This document shows positions 13,141 through 24,700 of a stretch of 64,000 bases of DNA, piece by piece. The stretch is from Selaginella moellendorffii (Eukaryota > Plantae > Lycopodiophyta): contig NW_003314333.1 in NCBI RefSeq assembly GCF_000143415.4, positions 434,001-498,000 of the forward strand, read 5' to 3'. Position 1 is the first letter of the stretch, and each line of letters opens with the position of its first letter. The notes beneath the pieces were generated by a model. It saw only the letters and a list, made by a program, of their open reading frames with translations, was not told the origin of the DNA and ran no database searches. A program made the position numbers and the translations under genes.

Positions 13141-13525
13141 TGTATAATTGATTGTGAGAGGAATAATAATGTTGAAATGAATGTGGTTATGAGTGAGAAG
13201 CGCCAATCAATCACAAAAGTTGTAGCATTGATTTTTTGTTCTCCCTCTTATCTCCATGCTCTCTTCCCTTCAAGAGAGTTTCATTCTTTTGTGACGAGTG
13301 AGAGAGACTCAAGCTCGAAAAGGTTGGTTCGTGCGCGGTTTGTGATTTCGGGTTTGAGTGTCGCTCACTTGTCATAAAAGAATGAAACTCTCTTGAAGGG
13401 AAGAGAGCATGGAGATGAGAGGGAGAACAAATAATCAATGCTACAACTTTTGTGATTGACTGGCACTTCTCACTCATAACCACATTCATTTCAACAATAT
13501 TATTCCTCTCACAATTAATTATACA
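13141..13525. repeat. Long inverted repeat (180-bp arms, 25-nt loop)
   Basis: 13141-13320 is the near-perfect reverse complement of 13346-13525. The loop AGGTTGGTTCGTGCGCGGTTTGTGA contains a half-site of the palindromic motif. Confidence 0.95.
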
Positions 13526-15373
13526 ATTAATATGGGTGGCTCTTTAAGATTCTCATATCTCTCTAGATTCTAAAAGGTTGTATATTTTGTTAAAATAATT
13601 AACTTGTCCTATGCAAGGACATAGCTAATTAATGCTCACAATACAGAATAATATCTTTGTTCTTTCTTGTCAGTTTCTCCCCAAATTTTTTTCTAAGTGC
13701 TCGAGCAAGGAGAAGATATGAGAGAATTCTATTTGAAGTTTGATCAAGAGCCTCCAATTGTTTTCTCTAAGAGTGTTATAAGAGAGAGCTTCCTCTACAG
13801 AAGATTCAAGTTGAAGCCAGGATCAATTAGTTTGGAGAATGTATGTCGTGATAAGGGTAATCAGATAGAAAAATCCATTCTTCTCAACAGTAGTGTGGGA
13901 GAGAATGGGATTCAATGGGATCTTGATAGATGTACAGGTCAAGAGATTCTAATTACAAGATCTCCGAAGCGAAGAGAGGAGGGCACATCAGTTTCACAGC
14001 CAACTGTGCAAGGAGTGAAGGATGAAGTTGTTATTCTCTCCAGTGACAAAAATGAAGAAAATGAGCTTCCCGACATAGCTTCCCAGACAAGTAGGTGTGT
14101 TCCTTCTGGACCAGTTTTTGAAGTGGTGGATAAGGCATTTCGGCAATCTCGATCATTACGGTTGGAATTGAAGGAGTTCCAATACATGAGAGGTGAGGAG
14201 CTTCCTTCTTCCTATAATGGGAATATATTCTTCGAGTTTCCACCAGCAAGTTCGTCAAGTAGGAAAAGGGGTATGGAGATGCGTCTTGATCCACATAATT
14301 GGTGCAGAGTAAAGACGACCTACTTCTCTCATTTCGATGGATCTGTATCCATAGTCCATTGTGGTGGATGTAAGTGACTAAATTTTTCCATTCTACTTTA
14401 GTCACTTAACCATACCTCCGACCACTTGGAGGAGTCTCATTCACAACCTCCATAAGTCCCATTCAGGACTTGGGGCTTGCTAGCCCCGAGAATGGCATCC
14501 ATGCCACTCAACCTTTGCACTTGGTCCAAGTGCTCCACGTGTCCGATCCCATGACCGACACCCAAAGGTACCACTGACATCTCGGCCCGTTACGCTAAGG
14601 CCATGCCCATTCACCTTTGCTGCGCAAATGGTCCAATACCACTTGCATCGCCATCCCGTCTCTCCAAGACTGGGCCATCTGTCTACGAGGGGTCACCCTG
14701 GATCCACTCCTTAGCATCCTTAGGATGCCCACAGACTTGGGGAATCGCCTTCCCCAAAGTCCCTTTGTCAGTTCCTACCAAGTCCCTTTCTGCCCCTGGC
14801 CGTGTTTGCCAACACTGCCACTGGATCGAGGCCCACAGGCCCGACCACTAAGTCCCACGGTCCTCTAGGACTTCCTCACCACACGACTGTGTCCTTGGTC
14901 ACTACCCCAGAGGACTACTCCTCTTCCTTTCCACAGTCTGGGCCTTTGGGACGACATTTCGGAACACCGTGGCCTTACGCGAGCCACCTGGGTACTCTCC
15001 CCACCTATCGCCTTTAGGTGCTCTAGCCATGGGCTTAGAGCGAGGTTCCGTTGAGCCACGCCTGGTATCCAAGTAGGTAGTGCCACCCACACTTGGACTG
15101 GGAGCATCGGCCAGTCGATCTCCCGGGGGAACTAGAGCCGGCTCTTGAACACTTCACCAAGCTACCCCGCTTGTCGGTCCGTATTCACTCTAGTCTTGGA
15201 CTTCCCAGTGGTCAGTTCATCACCCAACATTGGGTCTGGCCTTCCTGGGCCAAACTGGCCTTTCCTGGCCAAACTGGCTCCACTGCAGTCCTCCCCCCAC
15301 TATACTTTTGGGGCTCACCAAACCCCCCAGGGTCTGGGAGACGAACGCTTTGGGCTTTCACCCTCTCAGGCTC

Positions 15374-15846
15374 CGGACTCGGACTCGGACTCGGACTCGG
15401 ACTCGGACTCGGACTCGGATTCGGACTCGGACTCGGGCTCGGGCTCGGTCTCGGCCTCGGCCTCGGTCTCGGTCTCGGTCCCGATCTCGGTCTCGGTCTC
15501 GGTCCCGGTCTCGGTCCCGGTCTCGGTCTCGACTTCGGACTCCATCTCGGACTCCATCTCGGACTCCATCTCGGCGTCCATCTCGGACTCCATCTCGGGT
15601 CCATCTCGGGTCCATCTCGGCGTCCATCTCGGACTCCATCTCGGACTCCATCTCGGACTCCACTTCGGACTCCATCTCGGACTCCATCTCGGACTCCATC
15701 TCGGACTCCACTTCGGACTCCAACTCGGGTCCATCTCGGGTCCACCTCGGACTCCACTTCGGACTCCAACTCGGGTCCATCTCGGACTCCACTTTGGACT
15801 CCAACTCGGGTCCATCTCGGGTCCACCTCGGACTCCATCTCGGACA
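15374..15846. repeat. GGACTC hexamer and TCGGACTCCATC 12-mer tandem arrays in the 3' LTR of family A
   Basis: Directly visible (GGACTC)n, (GGTCTC)n and (TCGGACTCCATC)n tracts. Confidence 0.95.
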
Positions 15847-18800
15847 CTCCCACGTGTCATGCGTTGGTCCTTTTGGGTCCCTTTTTGGAGCCTCGCCTTT
15901 TGCTCGCTTCGTGCTCGTTCCTCGAGCACTTCGTTGGGAGTTCCACTCCCGCTCTTGACTTTTCAAGTCGGAGCTTTTGGTCCAAACGTGTTACGCTCGT
16001 TTGGCTCTCGCTTCGGCCACTACCATGTGGCGCCCTTCCGGCTCCACTTTGGGGCCTAGGGATTTTGTGTCTCACAACTCCACCACCCATAGACGAAGTT
16101 CGATGTCCTCATCGAACGGTAAACCATTTTGTAAAGTAACACTCGTATGTGTTACCATTTCCATCCTTGGCACCTAGACAATATTTGTCAATGGTTTGAC
16201 ATTGAAGGCTCACCATGCCTTTTGCATATGCCTCAATGGTTTGACACCAAAGGCTCACCATGCCTTGCCTATCCTCTAAGGAGGGTAGTCTCCCCAACTT
16301 AGAGACTGATTGGACCACAAGGAGTGGTTCTCTCCTTTTATTGGTTTAGTTCTCGCTAAACCTCTTAGAGACCCTCCTCTAAGTCAATCCCACTACTCCT
16401 TCTCGAGTAGTCTCAATTTCCATCGATATAACCTTTGCACTTTGGAACTTTGAATCTTGACTTCTTGGAGTCAATTTCCTAGGTGTCTCCGACACCTTGC
16501 CTTGCACCTTTTGTGCAACTCCACTTCCCATCCTAGGAAGTTCTCTACTCGAGGGCACCATCATCCTCTCTTCTATTTCGTGCCAAAGTTCCAGTTATCA
16601 TACTTTGTGCTAGGGCTGTTCATCGCCCTATCATTTGGCTACCTTACCGCTCCCTCCCTTGGAACTTCCACTTTTGCCAAATCGGAGCAATTCGGAATCC
16701 CTCCTTGGAAACACACTTCCTTTCCCGCAACTTGTTAGCGTCCAACACATTAGTGTTCCTCGCCTAACTTTGTCACTTGGATTCCTTCCAAGGGATTCCA
16801 CGGCCCTATCTTGGCCATTCATCTTTTGCTCCTATCCGTTGATTGTTGCACCAAGCAACATCGAATCTCTACCTCCCTCCTTGAGGTATTGTTTCGGTTC
16901 CATAGCAAAGACTCTTCTTTGCCAAGTCCGGAGGATGTTCACCCCTAGTACGTCTCTTTAGCATCTTCTGCTATGGGCTCTATCCACGGCCCAACTTCGC
17001 GACCCTCCCATGGGTCTTTTATAGAGACTACTTTCCTCGGACTCACTATGCCATCGCACGGACATAGTTTATTTCCCTTAGGTGCTCTTCCCACTTGGTT
17101 ATCACGACCAAGCCACACCACCTTAAACAGTTCAATTTCAACATTTTGAACCAGGAACTTCATTCCTTAGCCAACCAAGGACCTTGTCCTTTTCTGGCCA
17201 TAAGATCACCTAGTGATCTCACCTTGGCACCTTAATTCAGAGTTGCCAAGAGGTACTTGGTTTTCTAGACCTCCAAGTTGTTGACTATAACCCCGGGGGC
17301 ATCCCCCACACTTGGCGGTGCACCCAAGCTAGCCCTTACGGCCAAGGGTTCATAGCAACTGAGATTAGGTGTCCCCATCTCACTCACCACGACCTTGGTG
17401 CCACTTGCACCAAAGTGTTCAAGTTAGATATGCTGAGCTTTCACACTAAGCAATCTAACCGTGCATCACGACTCCGAGGCATCCCTCGCTTGGCGGTGTG
17501 CCCAAACCAGTCTCCCCACTGAGAGTCCATGACCACCGAAATATGAGTGTCCTCATATTCCAAACCATCACCACGCCCTAGTGATTTGGGACTCGAACCC
17601 AAGCACTAGAGGGTCGGGACTCGAACCCAACCTCCGTATATGCATCTACGGACGGCATCACACTAGATGCCTGGCGTGACTCCCCACGCCGGTGCACCAA
17701 CCTATTTTTAAAGCGCGCTACAGATCACAGCTTAGGAACCTAGTTCCTCCACACTGCCAAGTCCTCTCACTTGACATGTCTGTGATCATGCATGGACTCC
17801 TCCATGCTCGGCCCCATGGCCCACCCTTTTTGAAGTTATCACCTTCAACTAGGGTCTTTGTTCCCCCGACGTGCCAATCTCACTTGGCAAGTCCTCCGAC
17901 CATTGTAACATGGTTCCTGCATAAGCGTGAAAGTCCTTGACCATCAACTTTCGTTCAAAGCCCTCTCTTTGAACACTCGGGAACTACTTCCCTAACCTTG
18001 ATAACCTTGCCTCATGGCAAGCTTCAAGACCACGCTTCTGCTGCGCCACTCTAATTTCGCGCGTTCCATGAACCATTTACACTTGGCCTTTCTAGGTACT
18101 ACGCTACCTAGAATCGTCTTTGGGAACCTTGAAGGAACTCTGTCCCTCAGCTTGCTAAGGCCTCCCCTTTCGCAAGCTTTATAGTTGCCATATAGTCTAA
18201 CATGGACAATTCCATATTTTAGACTCTCCATGGCATCACGGTTGCTAGCAACAACATCCTCGAGCACCCTCTTGATTCTCCACTCCCAACTTTCATAACC
18301 ACTATTGGATATGCCCTTTGATTTCTATGGTTCAATTCCATCCCAATACTACTTGCTTTTGGCTTCACACCTTTCCTTCGGTCATTCTCCTCCAGACCAG
18401 GGGGATAGCTTTGCACTTTCTGTCATGCTTTAGCAAGTATTCTTAGGGATGGACCTACCCAATAGCCTAGGGAGTGGTTCCTCAATCCGGGTATGCTCAC
18501 CTTATAATCCCACACACTGGGATTACATCGTTGCTTATGAGCCTTTACATGCCCATCACTAGCCTTGCCAAAATTCCATTTTTGGCTTTGTCCAATTCGG
18601 GTAGACAGTCCTCTCCTGTCTCCGCAACCTTGGACATTTGGATAGCACCTTCTATCCATCATTCACTAGGGACTTAGTCCCTTGGGCTTTATCCATTGCC
18701 CTCGCGACATCAAACACCACCTTCTGGTGTTCTAGAGTGTCTGGGTGTCCCAATGATGGCTTTCTTGACAATGAGTATTTCCTTTTATGACATTGACTTA

Positions 18801-21181
18801 CTATATCGCAACACAAGCAACTTATCCCCCGTAAGGGTATATCCAACTTCCTTATGCTATTAAGAAGTCTTGGGTAGCTACCTTCTACCCGTTTAACCAG
18901 TTATTTTGCACCTCTTGCTTAGTTGCCTCATAGTTGTCAAGTCCTACAACTCATTGCTTGGTGCTTTCACACCTCCATCATTATCTGGGTCACCACACTC
19001 CAACTGCATGCTCTGCAGCTTAGGCTATGCTATTCCCATTTCCATTGGGATTCCTTTGGCAAGGGGTTCTCATGAACCCACCAACATAGCCTCAAAGTAT
19101 CACACCTTGGCACATTCGGTGTCTCCACACCATCGGCTCCACGAGCCTACCTCTATGACATTTCCCCTTCGTGTCTAAGTCTTTGCCAAGACCAACACCG
19201 CTCTTTCTCATGCCAACCATCCGTTAGCACTGCACCATAGAGGTCACACACAACTTTATGTCAGAGTTGTTTTCTTCTGGGAACACCTTTCCCATAACTT
19301 TAGCATGGCCTATTTTGCCATTGATGAGATACCCTCTGTTCTCATCCTTGGATCCTATGATCCCCCCCCCATCCTTTGTGGGGTACAACACACCTCAGTC
19401 CAAATGCTTCCATTAGTCCTTTTAGGACCATCCGTTGACTCTACTTGAGTCATCCAGCAATTTTGGACTTGGTTAATCCACAGACCCGTAAGGTCCTACT
19501 TGTGAGGCACTAGCTCACTGGAATACACTTCTTGCATTCCTGTCCTACTCAAAAGGACTATTTTCACAAGTGTTACTCCGACACTTGATTTTGTTCTCTG
19601 GGGGCAACCTTTGCCCCTTAGGACTACTTGTCCATGTGATGAGAATACCAACTCATCCACTCAATACACCCCCAACTCCTTGGGTTGTTCCAGCATTTAT
19701 TAGAGGTAGCCCCGGCTACCATTTCAAGGACTTGAGTCCTCTTCCGTATTTGACCTTCCACGGTCATTACCTTTGGTCTCACATTCATGAGCACCAACCT
19801 CAACTATATGAGGATAATCTTGTGACTCCTTTATTGTTTTGGAGTCTCTATCTTTCCCGTGATCCCAACTTTAGTTGTTTACCACAACAACCTTAGCCAA
19901 TTTGCTGAGACAAATGCTCATCCGGATCACATCCTCAACTCAATGAGGAAAACATTGCATTGTTCCCAAGATCCCAAAGTCGTTCCATTATTGGCACTTT
20001 TCTATCCACCACCTCGTCTACAAGTTCACACATGAACTGTAATGGAGAGCCATGTCTTCCCGACTTGCTACTCCTCAAGGATAGACCCACTCCTTGGACC
20101 TTCCGATGCCAACACTAGTGGTGATATATTTGAGCACCAATAAAAGTCGGACTAAGGAACAGCTCCGATACCAAATTGTAAGTGACTAAATTTTTCCATT
20201 CTACTTTAGTCACTTAACCATACCTCCGACCACTTGGAGGAGTCTCATTCACAACCTCCATAAGTCCCATTCAGGACTTGGGGCTTGCTAGCCCCGAGAA
20301 TGGCATCCATGCCACTCAACCTTTGCACTTGGTCCAAGTGCTCCACATGTCCGATCCCATGACCGACACCCAAAGGTACCACTGACATCTCGGCCCGTTA
20401 CGCTAAGGCCATGCCCATTCACCTTTGCTGCGCAAATGGTCCAATACCACTTGCATCGCCATCCCGTCTCTCCAAGACTGGGCCATCTGTCTACGAGGGG
20501 TCACCCTGGATCCACTCCTTAGCATCCTTAGGATGCCCACAGACTTGGGGAATCGCCTTCCCCAAAGTCCCTTTGTCAGTTCCTACCAAGTCCCTTTCTG
20601 CCCCTGGCCGTGTTTGCCAACACTGCCACTGGATCGAGGCCCACAGGCCCGACCACTAAGTCCCACGGTCCTCTAGGACTTCCTCACCACACGACTGTGT
20701 CCTTGGTCACTACCCCAGAGGACTACTCCTCTTCCTTTCCACAGTCTGGGCCTTTGGGACGACATTTCGGAACACCGTGGCCTTACGCGAGCCACCTGGG
20801 TACTCTCCCCACCTATCGCCTTTAGGTGCTCTAGCCATGGGCTTAGAGCGAGGTTCCGTTGAGCCACGCCTGGTATCCAAGTAGGTAGTGCCACCCACAC
20901 TTGGACTGGGAGCATCGGCCAGTCGATCTCCCGGGGGAACTAGAGCCGGCTCTTGAACACTTCACCAAGCTACCCCGCTTGTCGGTCCGTATTCACTCTA
21001 GTCTTGGACTTCCCAGTGGTCAGTTCATCACCCAACATTGGGTCTGGCCTTCCTGGGCCAAACTGGCCTTTCCTGGCCAAACTGGCTCCACTGCAGTCCT
21101 CCCCCCACTATACTTTTGGGGCTCACCAAACCCCCCAGGGTCTGGGAGACGAACGCTTTGGGCTTTCACCCTCTCAGGCTC

Positions 21182-21768
21182 CGGACTCGGACTCGGACTC
21201 GGACTCGGACTCGGACTCGGACTCGGATTCGGACTCGGACTCGGGCTCGGGCTCGGTCTCGGCCTCGGCCTCGGTCTCGGTCTCGGTCCCGATCTCGGTC
21301 TCGGTCTCGGTCCCGGTCTCGGTCCCGGTCTCGGTCTCGACTTCGGACTCCATCTCGGACTCCATCTCGGACTCCATCTCGGACTCCATCTCGGACTCCA
21401 TCTCGGGTCCATCTCGGGTCCATCTCGGACTCCATCTCGGACTCCATCTCGGGTCCATCTCGGACTCCATCTCAGACTCCATTTCGGGTCCATCTCGGGT
21501 CCACCTCGGACTCCATCTCGGACTCCATCTCGGACTCCATCTCGGGTCCATCTCGGACTCCACTTCGGACTCCAACTCGGGTCCATCTCGGGTCCACCTC
21601 GGACTCCATCTCGGACTCCATCTCGGACTCCACTTCGGACTCCAACTCGGGTCCATCTCGGGTCCACCTCGGACTCCACTTCGGACTCCAACTCGGGTCC
21701 ATCTCGGACTCCACTTTGGACTCCAACTCGGGTCCATCTCGGGTCCACCTCGGACTCCATCTCGGACA
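21182..21768. repeat. Same tandem arrays in the 5' LTR of family A (114 bp longer)
   Basis: Same units as 15374-15846 with extra 12-mer blocks. LTR lengths are 1822 versus 1708 bp. Confidence 0.95.
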
Positions 21769-24700
21769 CTCCCACGTGTCATGCGTTGGTCCTTTTGGGT
21801 CCCTTTTTGGAGCCTCGCCTTTTGCTCGCTTCGTGCTCGTTCCTCGAGCACTTCGTTGGGAGTTCCACTCCCGCTCTTGACTTTTCAAGTCGGAGCTTTT
21901 GGTCCAAACGTGTTACGCTCGTTTGGCTCTCGCTTCGGCCACTACCATGTGGCGCCCTTCCGGCTCCACTTTGGGGCCTAGGGATTTTGTGTCTCACAGT
22001 GGACAGCTTCAGTGTGTCGCTGAGAAATGCATTTCTGATCATGGCAAGAATATGTGTTTCTTTGAAGGCTCAGCGATCAATCCCCCTAGGCATGATGAAG
22101 CTGCTACAGGATTTAGATGTCGCAAATGCGGGGCAACACCTGTGTGTCAAGCATGTTGCGATGCGAAATTGTATTATTTTCTTCCATGGGATGGATGTTT
22201 AGGCAGAGCAGCAGTGCATGTTGGATACCATCAACACGCAATCAAGGAAGGAATCCGCCGTGATTCTTTTCGCAATTTGAAGACTGCTGTTACTACAGAG
22301 GCTGGGAAGAAAAGTGCAACAACTCCAAAGTGTGTTCAACAGTCTGTACTAAAGGACTATGTGGTGGACATGTTGCTATAATCTGATAGCAAAAAAGAGT
22401 TCATGAAGAATAGCTTGAAAGACCTACTTTAAAATATAGAACCCATAACAAATTTAAACAGGTATAAAATTAACACTTAACTCTACTTTATCACTAATAA
22501 CACTCTTTTTTTTTGTAAAATAAAGAACTGGATGCGAGAAGGCGAGATGGAAAGCTTTAATCTAGATTGGATGGGATTTTGGAGCTAAAGAGAAAATGTC
22601 CCTATGAGTTTATTCATAGAAGCTTGTTCGTTGGCCAAGTGACTTCGAACAATCAATGCCCTTTCATCTTTAAGATGTCCACCTTTGGTCTTGCTTTTAG
22701 TGTGGACCTTGTACAACGAATGGATATGGATGGAGATGGGGATTTGGTTAATTCCTGGATCCATTTTGACCATATGGAACGAGTTTTAGGCTGGTCAATA
22801 ATGGGAGCTCATGTTTATGATCACAAGTAAGTGGCTTTTCATTTTTTAAGGATCCATACCGATTTACATTATAACCATTCCTTTTATAGGTTGCAGTGCA
22901 ATTTGACTATAGCTATAGCCAAATTCAATGTTCAAGATTTTCAAGCACAAACCATCTTTTGGACATGTATGTCCGAGGTTGTTGAACAGCGAACCGGGAA
23001 GAAACCCAACTTCCGTGGTTTCATGGCAGATGCAGCTGGTGCTAACTGGTTGGCTGTACGACAAGTATTTGGAGGTGATAAAAGTCAGCCATTACAAGGT
23101 AGAGAGAAGAGTTGTGAGTTTCATTGGGCAAAGAGCGTCAATGAACATTGCTGATGCATCAAGTCTGCCTTCCATCACAAGTTCAAGCAGCTTTGTCGGG
23201 AATGGATGGATGCACCAACTAAAGAGGAGCACAAAGCAAAGGCAAATGAAATGCGCATATAGTGGCGTGAAGGAGACAAAGTGCCAATTGAAAACCTTCC
23301 ACAAATGGAATGCTGGCTTGCATGGTGGGAATTTCGAATGTTTCAGTAGGGTCATTATACTCTCCATGTAAGCTTTCTCTCATTTTCTTTCTTGTCACAT
23401 TCAAATGTTGCATTTTTTGTAGGATCAACCACTTGATGATATTGCACTTACACCAACAATTAATCTCTCTGAGAGCAAACATTGGAGTTGGAGAGCTTCT
23501 GAAGCAGGGAAAGGAAAAGTGTCCCTCTATGAAGCTACACTCTCCGACCTCACTAGATCTCTTGAGCAGTCATCAAAAGCTTTGGCTGCACAGGAAGCAA
23601 GGTTTGCTGGTACAGGTCCGAACTTAGACAGGCTTCAAGAGCAGGTTGGTAGAAAGACAACACCAGCAGCAGGGTCAATGTCTAAGATGGTGGAGGAAGT
23701 TGTTGCTATGAAATCAAGTTATGAACCACTTGGGGACATGAGAACAGCCCGTATGAAGCGTCGACAGACATTTGATGGGTCAAACATCACTCCTTCTAGC
23801 TCTCACCGTCCAGAGTTTGACTACCATTCTGTTCCACGACACCGGAAAAGAACTAAGGAACATGGGGTGAAGGAGGTGCCAGTTGTTACACAAGTAAGTC
23901 TAGTGCCAGAGGTTGAAAAGGTTATTTCTCGTGAGCCAGTTTCTCGTATCAACTGGGCAATTCGAAGAGTCAGTGCCAAGAGCAATGCACGTTGCTCTGG
24001 AATGATTGGGAGTCGAGGTCAGTGTCTCGCTTTTGTGCGCTCAGGTTCAAGTTCTTCAGCAGTGCCATGTTTCTGGGGCTGTCGAGATCTAGGAGTGAAG
24101 GGCCGCCAATCAAGCTGGATTTACTGTTGTGGGACTGATGTTACTCATACAAGCCGGATCCACAGCTCAATTATTTTGAAGCTAGATTTTGTGCCAGAGG
24201 AGTGGCCCCAATATCAACACTAGACCGGCATACACGACCAGCTAGGAATGGGAAGGCTGTACAATACAGGTCTTCCATTTCAAAAGGTGCACAAGAGAAG
24301 ATCAAGCTGGCAAAAGAGCTAAAGTGCACAATCACAAAGACAAACTACATCAGTGCTATGGCTAAGGAGTTTATTATTGTGACTGAGTCATCAAAGGGTA
24401 CGAACTACACTGTTAAAATCTGTAAAAATCCATCTTGTACCTGTCCAGATTTTACACAATGGGAGAACAGGAGAAAGGTATATTTAGCCTGCAAGCACAT
24501 CTATTACATTTTTATGCAGGAACTAAACCAAGATCCTAAGATCGACCATCACATCCACCAGGCAAGCCTTACAGTTGCGGAGCTTGAGAAGTGTTTTTAG
24601 ATTGCTTTTAGTGTTCGGATCTATATATATATTTGTATTTTATTGGTCAAATTTACTTGGAAATATAGATTAAATCAAAATTTGAAAAATGGAAAGATGT

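Larger units (their letters stand above)
14369..21998 (-). mobile_element. Recent non-autonomous LTR retrotransposon (family A, LARD-like)
   Basis: LTRs 14369-16076 and 20177-21998 (TG…CA) are almost identical. TSD GTGGA at 14364-14368 and 21999-22003. PBS reverse complement AGCTCCGATACCA at 20161-20173; PPT reverse complement ACTCCACCACCCAT at 16077-16090. The 4.1-kb interior has no recognisable gag-pol ORF. Confidence 0.95.
13718..24600 (+). pseudogene. MULE transposase gene (GCM/WRKY-like zinc DNA-binding domain, DDE core, SWIM finger), split by LTR insertion
   Basis: Parts 13718-14368 and 21999-24600 join as …SIVHCGG|QLQCVAEKC…CRKCGATPVCQACCDAKLYY…AAVHVGYHQH. Core motifs WIHFDHMERV, FRGFMADAAGANW, CEFHW and NNxSESKH; SWIM finger CTCPDF…ACKHIYY. 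Short introns, stops and frameshifts. Confidence 0.88.

Noticed and set aside
13069-13489. Pair of near-identical small ORFs on opposite strands
   Set aside because: A consequence of the inverted repeat; no evidence of coding.
15093-16139. Long ORFs in several frames (poly-SD, RT, LG); same at 20901-22202, 1514-1835 and 40064-40473
   Set aside because: Artefacts of stop-free hexamer and 12-mer repeats inside LTRs.
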